Positions 28,910 to 38,660 of a DNA stretch of 53,104 nt are shown here, piece after piece. Made by a program: the position numbers and the translations under genes. This DNA comes from Pseudolabrys sp. (lineage in GTDB: Bacteria; Pseudomonadota; Alphaproteobacteria; Rhizobiales; Xanthobacteraceae): positions 1 to 53,104 of the forward strand of contig DASYCM010000386.1 of assembly GCA_036500165.1 (NCBI GenBank), in the 5' to 3' direction. Below the pieces are notes generated by a model. That model was not told the origin of the DNA. It made no database searches and worked only from the letters and a program-made list of their open reading frames with translations. Position 1 is the stretch's first letter. Each line of letters opens with the position of its first letter.

Positions 28910-29247
28910 GTCACACTATCGTTGGGCGTGACAACTCTCTTACAGATGCGGAGAGCCCTGACATCAAGGCTGCATATCTCAACCGCTAGGAGGGACAGGC
29001 TGACCGCAGCGCCAGCGGCCCAGCGTAAAGGCTGCTCGGCGGTCGCGGAGATCGCTTAATCCGACCAACCGTGTGAACGCGGCGAGCCCAGCTAGCACGG
29101 AAAAGCACGAACCGACCGGCTCAACGTTAGCCGTGCCGACGAGCTAGATCGCGCCCCCAGACCGCAAGACTGAGACTATCGGCGCGCAATAAATCCGATC
29201 TTGCGAAGTGGATCCGGACTACGTCATTATCGTCGGCAAGCAGGCCG

Positions 29248-30200
29248 TCACGGTTTTAAGTTCAATCTAGGCAGTAGGTCCGCCCATTTCGCAGATTCTG
29301 CCTCGACGAATGCCGCGAACTCCGCTGGATTGTTGCGAGCTGCAGGCTCGTAGCCTGTCTTGAGGATTGCATTTTGAAACTCAGGATCTTGCAGCGCATC
29401 CTGAATAACCGCGCTTAGCTTATCGACAATATCCTTGGGAACGCCCTTTGGTGCAAACACGCCGTTCCAACCGACTATGTTAAAGGTTGGCAACCCTTGC
29501 TCTGCCACTGGCTTAACTTGAGCCGCGAACGGTGAAGGCTCCGCGCCGCTGACTGCGAGCCCGATGACATTACCAGCCTCAATCTGAGGCTGGTAATGGC
29601 AGCCATCGCGAACATCATCTGCCCGGTTCCAGCAACAACAGCTGCCATCGCCGAGTTGGCGTCGCGATACGGGACGTGAACCATGTCCAAGTTTGTCATG
29701 GCGCGAAAAGTTTCCATCGCAAGATGAGGCGGCGTTCCGACGCCGCCCGAAACAAAGTTCAGACGGCCTGGGTTTTCCTTCGCGTAGGCAATCAGTTCAG
29801 CCAGCGACCGGGCTGGCACTGACGGATGGATGACCAAGACGTACTTGATAGTCGTAACGTTCCCAACCGGCACAAAGTCCTTGCGCAGGTCGAGATGTGA
29901 TTGACCAAGAGCGGTCTGAATGACGTTCGCTGCGGTTCCCATCATGAGCGTGTAGCCGTCGGGCTGCGTGATCGCCGCCGCCTGGAGAGCTATCGCTCCG
30001 CCCGCTCCAGGACGAGCATCAACAATGACGGGCTGTCCAAGTACTTTTTCGATCCGTGCGCCGATGACGCGGGCGGATGAATCCAGCCCAGCCCCAACAA
30101 TGAGCCGGATGTAGCGACTGGGGTAGTTTTCCGCGTGCGCCGGAAAGAGGCATACGCAGGCCAAGAGTACTTGAAACACGAATTGCCGCGACGTCCTCAT
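29248..30200 (-). pseudogene. TctC/Bug SBP gene with a 1-bp deletion frameshift at about 29592
   Basis: ORFs 29475..30200 and 29248..29508 join into one TctC paralogous to 23118..24074 if one C is restored (ATT AC[C] CAG CCT CAG ATT = I-T-Q-P-Q-I). Confidence 0.85.
29568..29598. repeat. Perfect 14-bp inverted repeat with 3-nt loop
   Basis: cattaccagcctca-atc-tgaggctggtaatg; spans the frameshift site. Confidence 0.95.
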
Positions 30201-30231
30201 CTTGGTCCGACCCTAAATTCCGAAAGCGCAG

Positions 30232-31248
30232 TTACTGAATGCTTCTTTCGCAACCACTGCTGCAGGCATCGCGCAATGCATTCGCAATCTTGACCATTTG
30301 CAATCCATTTTCTCCAGACACCTGCGGCTCTTTGTCCTCGTCGATACAGGTTGCGAAATCATCGACTAGCTTGGCCACTTTGTCGGCGACCGAACTCATC
30401 GGAAATTCCGTAACGCCATCGCAGGAGCCTGTGCCTTCAACGGTCAGCTCGCCTGTCCGGTTATTCAGCGGCACACCGAGCGTGCCCTTGAGCACGAGCT
30501 TCCCCTTGCTGCCGTAAATCACGATGTCGTTGTCATAACGCGGCAGAATTTGACCGGCCACGACGGATGCATGTATGCCGCCTTCAAAAAGCAGAGTGGA
30601 GAATACAATCTCCTCAACGGGCCTTTGCGGCGGAGCAACGTCGCTCATGCCCTGCACCTTGACGATTTCTCTGCCCAGCAAGAAGCGCAAAAGGTCGATC
30701 GGGTGAACGCTTTGCGCGACGATAGCGCCGGCTCCGCTCGCGATCGGATCGTTACGCCAGCCCTCCCAACGTCCGCGAGAAAAGCCGCGGCACAGTTGCG
30801 CCGAGACAAACTGGATTTCGCCAAGCGCACCGGATGCGATAACTTTGTGGGTCCGAATATGAGCGGCATGATATCGGTTCTGGAAAACGACGCCGAGAGC
30901 CACGCTTCTGCTTTTGCACACCTCTATCATACGCTGTGCGTCGTCGACCGACGTCGCCATCGGCTTTTCACACAATACATGTTTGCCTGCTTGGGCGGCT
31001 CGAGCCGCCTGTTCGGCATGCAAATTGTTTGGCGTTGCGATGTAAACGGCATCGAGCGCTTTGTCGGCGAGAAATGCATCGAGCGAGTCGAAAGCTTTGG
31101 CCGCCCCCCATTTGTCCGCAAAGGCCTGCGTCGCGGCTAGGCTACGGCCGCAGACACTGTGCAGTTGCGATCCGTTGGCCTTCGTCAGCGCCGGCGCGAC
31201 ACTACGCCCGGCAATTTCCCCCGGACCGATGATGCCCCATTTCATCAT
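30232..31248 (-). CDS. Gfo/Idh/MocA oxidoreductase
   Basis: WGIIGPGEIA, YIATPNNLH, HVLCEKP and VHPIDLLRFL motifs. Confidence 0.93.
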   Translation of the reverse strand: MMKWGIIGPGEIAGRSVAPALTKANGSQLHSVCGRSLAATQAFADKWGAAKAFDSLDAFLADKALDAVYIATPNNLHAEQAARAAQAGKHVLCEKPMATSVDDAQRMIEVCKSRSVALGVVFQNRYHAAHIRTHKVIASGALGEIQFVSAQLCRGFSRGRWEGWRNDPIASGAGAIVAQSVHPIDLLRFLLGREIVKVQGMSDVAPPQRPVEEIVFSTLLFEGGIHASVVAGQILPRYDNDIVIYGSKGKLVLKGTLGVPLNNRTGELTVEGTGSCDGVTEFPMSSVADKVAKLVDDFATCIDEDKEPQVSGENGLQMVKIANALRDACSSGCERSIQ

Positions 31249-32735
31249 GATTCACTTCCAACAAACCGCCGCCGCCCTGGCAGAATCGGCAACAGGAGGA
31301 TGAGCGCGGCAAGAAACAAGAAAGCGGCAGAGATTGGCCGTGTGACGAAGATCATCGGACTGCCTTGCGAGATCATGAGCGACTGACGCAGACCGTTCTC
31401 CAGAAGCGGTGTCAGGATCAGCGCAAGGATCAGCGGAGCCGGTTCATAACCAAGCTTCTTCATCAGATAGCCGATCAAGCCAAAGGCAATCAGCGTACCG
31501 ACATCGAACAGGCTATATTGAAGGCTGAACGCTCCAATCAGACAGAACAACAAAATCAACGGAAACATATAGGCGTACGGCACCTCGACGCATTTCACCC
31601 ATAACGGGATGAGCGGCAAATTGAGAATCAGCAGCATGAGGTTGCCGATATACATCGAAGCGACGACGCCCCAGACGATTTCGGGATGGAGCGAAAACAG
31701 CATCGGACCCGGCTGGATGCCATGAATCATGAGCGCACCGAGCAGCAGGGCCATCACCGCCGTCGCCGGGATGCCCAGCGACAGTAGCGGTATGAAGCCC
31801 GCGCCCGCCGCAGCATTGTTGGCGGACTCAGGGCCGGCCACACCCTCGATCATGCCGGTGCCGAACTTCTCCGGTGTCGGCGACAGGCGCTTCTCGACAG
31901 CATAGCTCGCGAACGATGCAACAACGCTGCCGGCGCCGGGCAACAGACCGAGAAAAAAACCAAGCACCGTACCGCGCGCAATCGGCCAGCCGCTACGACG
32001 CATATCCTCACCCGACGGCAACGCGTCACGCACTTTGGCTTTGATGACCGTCGGCTCGCCCTCTTCCTCAAGTGAGAGAAATACGTCGGCGACGCCGAAC
32101 AACCCCATGACGACTGGAACAAAGCCGATGCCATCCATCAGCTCGCGCACACCGAAGGTAAAGCGCGGGACACCGGAGATGATGTCCTTGCCGACCGATC
32201 CTAGCAGGACGCCGATAGCGGCCATGGCCCAGCCCTTCACGACCGAACCGCTGGTAAAAATCGTGATCGTCGCCATGCCGAGGATCATCAATGAAAAGTA
32301 TTCTGCAGGCCCGAAGTCGAGCGCGACGTCGGCCAGCAGCGGACCGATGACCATCAGCACCAAATTTGCAACTGTGCCTGCGATGAACGAACCGATAGCC
32401 GCAATGCCTAAAGCCGCCCCGCCACGGCCCTGTTGTGCCATCTGATAGCCGTCGAGTGTTGTAACGACAGATGACGATTCACCGGGGACGTTGAGCAAGA
32501 CAGATGTGATCGTGCCGCCGTACTGTGCTCCATAATAAATACCGGCTAGCAGGATAATGGCCGTCGCCGGCGCCATGGTAAAACTGACCGGCAACAGGAT
32601 CGCAATTGCCGCCGCAGGCCCGAGGCCAGGCAATATGCCGACGAGCTGACCGAGCAGCACACCAATCAGACAGAACAGCAGATTGATAGGCTGCGCCGCC
32701 GTTTCAAAGCCGAGAAGAATGTTCGACCACTGCAT
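31245..32735 (-). CDS. tctA: TTT large permease subunit
   Basis: GILPGLG, GIYYGAQYGG, PGESSS..T.LDGYQM, GPESANNA and LGIP motifs. Confidence 0.96.
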   Translation of the reverse strand: MQWSNILLGFETAAQPINLLFCLIGVLLGQLVGILPGLGPAAAIAILLPVSFTMAPATAIILLAGIYYGAQYGGTITSVLLNVPGESSSVVTTLDGYQMAQQGRGGAALGIAAIGSFIAGTVANLVLMVIGPLLADVALDFGPAEYFSLMILGMATITIFTSGSVVKGWAMAAIGVLLGSVGKDIISGVPRFTFGVRELMDGIGFVPVVMGLFGVADVFLSLEEEGEPTVIKAKVRDALPSGEDMRRSGWPIARGTVLGFFLGLLPGAGSVVASFASYAVEKRLSPTPEKFGTGMIEGVAGPESANNAAAGAGFIPLLSLGIPATAVMALLLGALMIHGIQPGPMLFSLHPEIVWGVVASMYIGNLMLLILNLPLIPLWVKCVEVPYAYMFPLILLFCLIGAFSLQYSLFDVGTLIAFGLIGYLMKKLGYEPAPLILALILTPLLENGLRQSLMISQGSPMIFVTRPISAAFLFLAALILLLPILPGRRRFVGSES

Positions 32736-33229
32736 CAGAAACCCAAAGGCGTGACGGGCATTTGCACGGCCAAAAGGACAACAAAGAGAATGTGTGCGGC
32801 GATGGCAACCGCCGCGGCAACGAACAGTGTGACGCGCCAGGACTTGCCGCCGACAAAGCGAAGCAGAAAGCCGATAAAGAGAGCGGTTGTTGCAAGAAAT
32901 CCGATCACACTCAGCAGCGCGGCGTAGGCGATCATGGACGATAGAACGGCGAGGACGTCGCGTAGCGTAGTCTTCGACGTCACCTGCCCCGTTTCAGGCT
33001 GAACGGCACCTCTCAACTCACGCGGGACAATGACCAGCGCGAGCGCGATGATCAACACAGAGGCGCCGAATGGCAGAAAACCCGGGCCCGGCGCGCTCCA
33101 TCTGCCCAGGCCGTATTGCACGGATTCGTAGGCGGCAATGCCACCAAGAACCAACAGCACGAGGCCACCGACGACGTCACCGCGAATGCTCCGGGCGACG
33201 TCGCCCTGTCGTGATATCCCGTCAGTCAT
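32735..33229 (-). CDS. tctB: TTT small permease subunit
   Basis: Four to five hydrophobic segments, GPGFLP motif, position between tctC and tctA. Confidence 0.9.
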   Translation of the reverse strand: MTDGISRQGDVARSIRGDVVGGLVLLVLGGIAAYESVQYGLGRWSAPGPGFLPFGASVLIIALALVIVPRELRGAVQPETGQVTSKTTLRDVLAVLSSMIAYAALLSVIGFLATTALFIGFLLRFVGGKSWRVTLFVAAAVAIAAHILFVVLLAVQMPVTPLGF

Positions 33230-34196
33230 TGCGGAGGCCAAGCGAGACCGCGAGCTTGTGGAACTCGCCCATCTCCGCCGCAAGGTTAGCCTTTACTTCG
33301 GCGGCACTTTTGAATTCAATATTCATCTTGAGCTTGTCGGCCGCGGCAAGGAAATCCTTGTCCTGGGTGACTTTGCGCAAGATGTCTTCCCAAACCGCGA
33401 CGACTTCCTTCGGCGTACCTTTTGGACCGACGAGAGCCGCCCAACCGATGGCTTCCAGCGGATACCCCTCTTCCGCGCTTGTCGGCACGTCCGGATAGAA
33501 TTTGTCACGCTTGGCGCTGAAGACCGCGAGGACACGGACTTTTCCGGAATCGATCAGCGCTTCGCCTTCTCCGGGAAAGCGCGTTGCACATTTTACATGT
33601 CCGCCCGCAACGGCCGTTACAGCGTTAGCGCCACCAACGAACGGGATATGCGTGAGCTTGATGCCCGCGGCCTTCTCGAAACGCAACGCGTGCAGATGAA
33701 GGCTCGAATAGTTTCCAGAATTGGCACAGGTCACTTCACCGGGGTGCGCCTTCGCGTAAGCGACCAAATCCTTCAAGCTTTTCCACGGCGAGTTCGCCTG
33801 CACGACTATAGTCAGTGGCGACGTCAGCAATTGTCCCATCGGCTCGAAATTGCTGGCGTCGTAGTCGAGCTTTTCGACCGACGGCGCCGCAGTCGAATGC
33901 GCCGGCCGCGCCAACAGCAACGTATAGCCATCAGGCTTGGCGTGAGCGACATAAGACGCGCCGACCGTCCCGCCAGCGCCTACGCGGTAGTCAATAATGA
34001 CCGGCTGTTTGATGTACTTCTTCGCCGCCTCGGCGAGCATCATGCCGAGGATGGGTCCCGTGCCGCCCGGAGGCTGCGGCAGAACCAGGCTGATCGGTTT
34101 CGCCGGGTAATCCTGTGCCTTGACGGGTATCGCGGCCAAAACCACGGAACCTGTTAACGCAATCGCAAATGCCCACCGCAACATCTTTACCTGCAT
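33222..34196 (-). CDS. tctC: TTT substrate-binding protein of the complete tctCBA system
   Basis: Signal peptide; YPAKPISLVLPQPPGG, KPDGYTLL and HIPFVGG motifs. Confidence 0.92.
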   Translation of the reverse strand: MQVKMLRWAFAIALTGSVVLAAIPVKAQDYPAKPISLVLPQPPGGTGPILGMMLAEAAKKYIKQPVIIDYRVGAGGTVGASYVAHAKPDGYTLLLARPAHSTAAPSVEKLDYDASNFEPMGQLLTSPLTIVVQANSPWKSLKDLVAYAKAHPGEVTCANSGNYSSLHLHALRFEKAAGIKLTHIPFVGGANAVTAVAGGHVKCATRFPGEGEALIDSGKVRVLAVFSAKRDKFYPDVPTSAEEGYPLEAIGWAALVGPKGTPKEVVAVWEDILRKVTQDKDFLAAADKLKMNIEFKSAAEVKANLAAEMGEFHKLAVSLGLRND

Positions 34197-34224
34197 AAAC
34201 AACTCCGCCGACCGTACGCCGCGC

Positions 34225-35100
34225 CTAGTGTTCGACCGTTTCAGCCTCGATCTTGTACGCCTCTTCGAGCCCGATCAGGTCCTCGACCTCTTTCCGCCAC
34301 ACGACCATCTTCTCGCGCGGCAAGCCGCTTTCGCCGTTGGTGACGACGTTGTGGATGATACGCTTCATTTCCTGCGTGGCTGGGCACAACAGCGCCGTCG
34401 GATAGCTGGCGAGCTTGTAGCCCATATCCTGATATTGTTGCGTGCTGAAGGTTGGACGCGGCAAACGGTTTCCCTCGCTGTTGGTGTAAGCGAGCAGACC
34501 CTTGATATCCTTAGGTGCCCGGATTGCTTCCTCGAGCGTGTTCGGGAAGATCATCACCATGTCGGCGCCGGCATCCAGATACAACTGGGCACGCTCCACG
34601 CCCTCTTTATAGCCGTCGGTGCGCATGGAGTCAGTGCGTCCGATAATGACGAAGTCCTGATCCGTGCGGGCGGCGCGCGCTGCCTTGATCTTGGCGACCA
34701 TTTCCTGGCGCGGAATAACGTGCTCGACGCCTTTGTGATAATGCGCACGTTTCGGGTAGATCTGATCTTCCATCTGGATTGCTGCGGCACCGGCCTTCTC
34801 GATCTCGCGGATGCAACGCATGACATGCAGCGGTTCGCCGAAACCGGCTCCGACGTCCACGACCAACGGAATGTTGATCGCCGACGTGATATAATGCGCC
34901 GTGGTCGCGACTTCGGTCAGCGACAGCAGCGGCTCTGGTGTGACGAAACGCGCACCGAGCTGATAACCGCCAAGATGCACACATTCGATGCCCATGCTTT
35001 CGGCCAGACGTGCCGTGTAGGGATCCCAAATGCCAAGTGCGGGAATGAATTTCGGCCGCGCCATCAGGTCACGTAATTTACGTCCAGGTGATTTCGTCAT
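34225..35100 (-). CDS. ICL/PEP-mutase family protein with non-canonical active site
   Basis: WDPYTARL, VDVGAGFG, MEDQIYPKRAHYH and GRTDS motifs. Confidence 0.88.
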   Translation of the reverse strand: MTKSPGRKLRDLMARPKFIPALGIWDPYTARLAESMGIECVHLGGYQLGARFVTPEPLLSLTEVATTAHYITSAINIPLVVDVGAGFGEPLHVMRCIREIEKAGAAAIQMEDQIYPKRAHYHKGVEHVIPRQEMVAKIKAARAARTDQDFVIIGRTDSMRTDGYKEGVERAQLYLDAGADMVMIFPNTLEEAIRAPKDIKGLLAYTNSEGNRLPRPTFSTQQYQDMGYKLASYPTALLCPATQEMKRIIHNVVTNGESGLPREKMVVWRKEVEDLIGLEEAYKIEAETVEH

Positions 35101-35139
35101 CTGTGTCTTCCAATCGTGAAGGAAAAAATGGCGGCCAGC

Positions 35140-36087
35140 TCAGAGGCCCACGGCGCCTTCGTACTTGGTCTGGAATTGCTTGTCGGGAAGATACTTTTCT
35201 TCCAGAGCCTTGAATTCCGGGAAGCGCGCGATCTCGTGGAACTTGCCCATCGGATGCTTCGAAAGCTGCTTCTGGAAATCGATCTCAGCCTGCGAGCCGC
35301 GTTCCTTGAGATCGACGGCATAGTCCCACATCGATTGCATCGTCGTGCGCATGCCGCACAGCGAGACGTGGATGACGCGATAGCCTAATGCTGCCAATTC
35401 GTCGAAGCTCGCCGGATGTGCCGCCCAGTTCAGGTTGGCAGAGTAGTTGAAATAGAGCGGTAAATCCGGGAAAGACTTGCGCATGGCTTCGGAAAACTTC
35501 TTCGGCAATTCCATGCTCGCCGAGGGGAATTCGGCCCAGATCATGTCGCAACCCGCTTCAGCGTAAGCCTTGCCGCGCGCAATCGCTTCATCGATGCCGC
35601 CGCCAGCTGCCGCGATGGCGTCGGTGCGGCCCATGATCATGAAGTCCTTGTCCTTCTTGATGTCGATGGCGGCCCTGAGCTTGCCGACGGCTTCATCGCG
35701 AGAAACCAGCTCTTTTCCGGCCACATGGCCGCATTTCTTGGGGTGGATCTGGTCTTCGATGTGAACGCACGCGACGCCGGCGTCTTCATAGTCTTGAACC
35801 GTCCGGATCACGTTCAGTGCATTGCCATAACCGGTATCTATGTCCGCAATAACCGGAAGCTTCACCGAGCGTGCGATGTTGCGGACATTCGCGCACATTT
35901 CGGTGGCGGTGATCAGCCCGACATCCGGAAGTCCGAACAAGGTAAGCGAGACGTCGTAGCCGCCCGTATAGATGGTGTCGAAACCGGCACGCTCCACGAT
36001 CATTGCGTGAAGCGGGGTCGTCAGCCCGGGCGTCGCCAGATACTTCCGTTTGGCAATCAGTTCGCGAAGACGTGCGCCAGGGCTCAT
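35140..36087 (-). CDS. ICL/PEP-mutase family C-C lyase (PrpB/2,3-dimethylmalate lyase-like)
   Basis: GLPDVGL, ADIDTGYG, IEDQIHPKKCGH and GRTDA motifs. Confidence 0.9.
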   Translation of the reverse strand: MSPGARLRELIAKRKYLATPGLTTPLHAMIVERAGFDTIYTGGYDVSLTLFGLPDVGLITATEMCANVRNIARSVKLPVIADIDTGYGNALNVIRTVQDYEDAGVACVHIEDQIHPKKCGHVAGKELVSRDEAVGKLRAAIDIKKDKDFMIMGRTDAIAAAGGGIDEAIARGKAYAEAGCDMIWAEFPSASMELPKKFSEAMRKSFPDLPLYFNYSANLNWAAHPASFDELAALGYRVIHVSLCGMRTTMQSMWDYAVDLKERGSQAEIDFQKQLSKHPMGKFHEIARFPEFKALEEKYLPDKQFQTKYEGAVGL

Positions 36088-36092
36088 TCCGA

Positions 36093-37406
36093 CTATTCCT
36101 GTTTGACGACTAGTTTAAGCGCCAGCGTGAAGCCGACGCAGATGATCAGTGAAAAAGCTAACGCATACATGCCGGCGGCGAATTGACCGGTGAGATCCTT
36201 GGTCCAGCCGAGGATGTAGGTGCCGGTAAACCCGCCGAGATTACCGATGCCGTTGATGACACCGAGGCCACCAGCCGCCGCGGCGCCTGTCAGGAAGCGT
36301 GCCGGAATCGCGTAGATCATCGGCCGCGTCACTGTGATGCCGATGATGGCGAGTGTCAGGCCGACCATGGCAACGGCGAGTGAATGGAAAATCACTGAAA
36401 AGGCACAGCCGACCGCCGCGAGAAGAATGCCCAAAGCGAAATTCTTTATGTAGCCGCGCGTCTTGTCGACGTGCCCAGCCCACGGGATCATGACCGCGCA
36501 GCCGATCAGGTTCGGCACGGCAGTGAGGAAGCCGATCTCGAGATTGCTGAGGCCGCCGTAACCCTTAAGGATCAGCGGCATCCAGATGTTGATGCCCTGG
36601 ATGGCGACGGTCCAGAAAAACGCCATCGCCGACAGAAGTAGAACACGTGAATCGGTCAGGATCGACCAGAACGCGGATTTCTCGCGCTCGCGCTTTTCGC
36701 CCTTCATCTCCGCGCTGAGCGCCAGACGCTCTTCCGGCGTCAGCCACTTGGCCGTTTCCGGCGTGTCGGACAGCATCGTGAACGTCAGAATACCGCAGAT
36801 GCAAGCCGGCAGGCCCTCGATGATGAACATCCATTGCCAGCCATGCAGACCCCAAATGCCGTCCATCTGGAGAATCCACGTCGATAGCGGGGCACCAACA
36901 ATTGACGACAGCGGCACAGCCAGAAACAGCCACGCCAGAATTTTGGTTCTGTATTGGACCGGAATGAACATCGACAGCAGGTAGATCGTACCGGGGAACG
37001 ATCCTGCTTCGGCAATACCAACGATGACACGGATGATTGTGTAACTGTTGGGTCCCACGGCAAGCGCCGTCGCGGCGGACGCAAAGCCCCAAGACAACAT
37101 GATCCGCGTCAACCAGATGCGCGGGCCGAAACGATACAGCGCGAGGCTGCTGGGAACCTCCGCCATACAATAGCCGAGAAAGAAAATACCGGCGCCGAAG
37201 CCGAACTGCGTCGCCGTGAGGCCGATGTCGTGATTCATCGTGAGCGCGGCGTAGCCGACGTTCACGCGGTCGAGATAGTTGATGAAATGCGCAAAGGCTA
37301 AAATTGGCACCATGCGGAAGATCGTCTTCCGGAGCGCGCTAGCGCGGATGACTTCGATTCCGGATGGTGTTCGAAGCGAGTCCGCGGTCAAACTTGGTGC
37401 ACTCAT
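36093..37406 (-). CDS. MFS transporter, anion:cation symporter (TtuB/HpaX/NicT-like)
   Basis: YLDRVNVGYA, GIFFLGY..EVPS, GWQWMFIIEGLP and INGIGNLGGF motifs. Confidence 0.93.
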   Translation of the reverse strand: MSAPSLTADSLRTPSGIEVIRASALRKTIFRMVPILAFAHFINYLDRVNVGYAALTMNHDIGLTATQFGFGAGIFFLGYCMAEVPSSLALYRFGPRIWLTRIMLSWGFASAATALAVGPNSYTIIRVIVGIAEAGSFPGTIYLLSMFIPVQYRTKILAWLFLAVPLSSIVGAPLSTWILQMDGIWGLHGWQWMFIIEGLPACICGILTFTMLSDTPETAKWLTPEERLALSAEMKGEKREREKSAFWSILTDSRVLLLSAMAFFWTVAIQGINIWMPLILKGYGGLSNLEIGFLTAVPNLIGCAVMIPWAGHVDKTRGYIKNFALGILLAAVGCAFSVIFHSLAVAMVGLTLAIIGITVTRPMIYAIPARFLTGAAAAGGLGVINGIGNLGGFTGTYILGWTKDLTGQFAAGMYALAFSLIICVGFTLALKLVVKQE

Positions 37407-37541
37407 GATGCGAATTTCCCCCACCGGCACATACCGCGAGTTCGCGGCGAGCGCCGTGCATTATTTGCCAATCATCACGTTGGCTTATAAGTCAGTATGG
37501 TTTACTTCCCGCGGGCGTGTAAACAAAACTTGAAGTCATGT

Positions 37542-37564
37542 GCGTATTCCGCGATGGAATATGC
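37542..37564. promoter_or_regulatory. Palindromic operator-like site GCgTATTCC-N5-GGAATAtGC
   Basis: Inverted repeat about 140 bp upstream of the MFS start; contains a T-N11-A. Confidence 0.5.
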
Positions 37565-37664
37565 CCGCGCTGCTGATCGAATTCGTAGTTTTTCTGGATA
37601 GAACAGCGTAAAAAACGCACGCTTTACTGCGCGTACAAGCGATTAAACTTGGTAGCCTCGCAGG

Positions 37665-38660
37665 TTAGTGGCCGGCCGCAATGTCCGCGATCGCTGAGTG
37701 GATCGCATCCGGAATGTCGATAACACGGGACTCGATCCGCGCGGTTCGTTCGGTGCGGGAGCGGTCGAACGGCATCCTCAGCGGCCATGCCGGCCATACC
37801 GGCCGTGTGGCGCGGATATGATGGGCATAGCCGGCGACCGATTTCTTGAATTCGTCCAGCGGCGTCAGCAGCCCGGGCTGAACGGCGATGATGAGGAAAC
37901 CGAAATCCTGCAATTCGCCGGGCAGCATCGGCGAGCCGGCAAGCATCCCCAGCAACTGCACCACAATGCCAAGACCGCTGCCGCGATGACCGCCCCACGC
38001 CGCGAACGCACCGGCAAGCGCGGCCGCCGGATCCGTTGTCGGCCGCCCGTCAGGATCGAAGGCAACACCCTCCTCGAGCGGCGTGCCGAGACGCCGCGCC
38101 AGCGTAACCTGCGCATGCCCGACCGCCGACGTGCCGATGTCCCAGACGACCGGCTCATCCGCACTCGGAAAACCGAAGCAGATCGGATTGGCGCCCATAC
38201 GGCGTTCGTTGCCGCCATAAGGCGCGACGCGCGCCGTCGCATTCGATGCGATCATCGTCACCAGATCGTGCGAGGCGGGCTGCTCCGCGTAATACGACAG
38301 CATGCCCGTGTACCAGGTGTTGCTGGCGCCGACGATCGCGATCCCGCTTGTCTTCGCTTTGGCTATCGCGATCTCGGTCGCGCGCTGGGCGACAATCAAG
38401 CCCAATTGATCGCCGCCATCGAGCCGCGTCGAGACAGGCGTCTCCTTCACGATGCCGATCGGTTGCTGTGAACGGCCGCGCTTCCTGATCTGCTCGGCGA
38501 TGCTGACGAGACGGCCAAATCCGGCATAGCCAAGCCCGCGCAATTCGGCGTCGATCAGATGACGCGTCGCAATCGCGGCCTCTTCGGCGTCAAAACCAAG
38601 CCGCACGAGCGCGGCATTGGCCAGCGCTTCGGCATCCGTGATCGACAGGCGCACACTCAC
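37665..38660 (-). CDS. Ldh-2 (DpkA/ComC/AllD) family oxidoreductase, copy 1
   Basis: DAELRG, GANPICFGFP, WDIGTS, G.PTTDP and GGHRGSGL motifs. Confidence 0.9.
   Translation of the reverse strand: MSVRLSITDAEALANAALVRLGFDAEEAAIATRHLIDAELRGLGYAGFGRLVSIAEQIRKRGRSQQPIGIVKETPVSTRLDGGDQLGLIVAQRATEIAIAKAKTSGIAIVGASNTWYTGMLSYYAEQPASHDLVTMIASNATARVAPYGGNERRMGANPICFGFPSADEPVVWDIGTSAVGHAQVTLARRLGTPLEEGVAFDPDGRPTTDPAAALAGAFAAWGGHRGSGLGIVVQLLGMLAGSPMLPGELQDFGFLIIAVQPGLLTPLDEFKKSVAGYAHHIRATRPVWPAWPLRMPFDRSRTERTARIESRVIDIPDAIHSAIADIAAGH

Noticed and set aside
29248-29508. Separate 86-aa gene
   Set aside because: It is the C-terminal part of the frameshifted TctC gene.
29580-29600. Programmed ribosomal frameshift or phase-variable tract
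   Set aside because: There is no slippery heptamer or long homopolymer; the site is only a CC/CCC run inside a hairpin arm.
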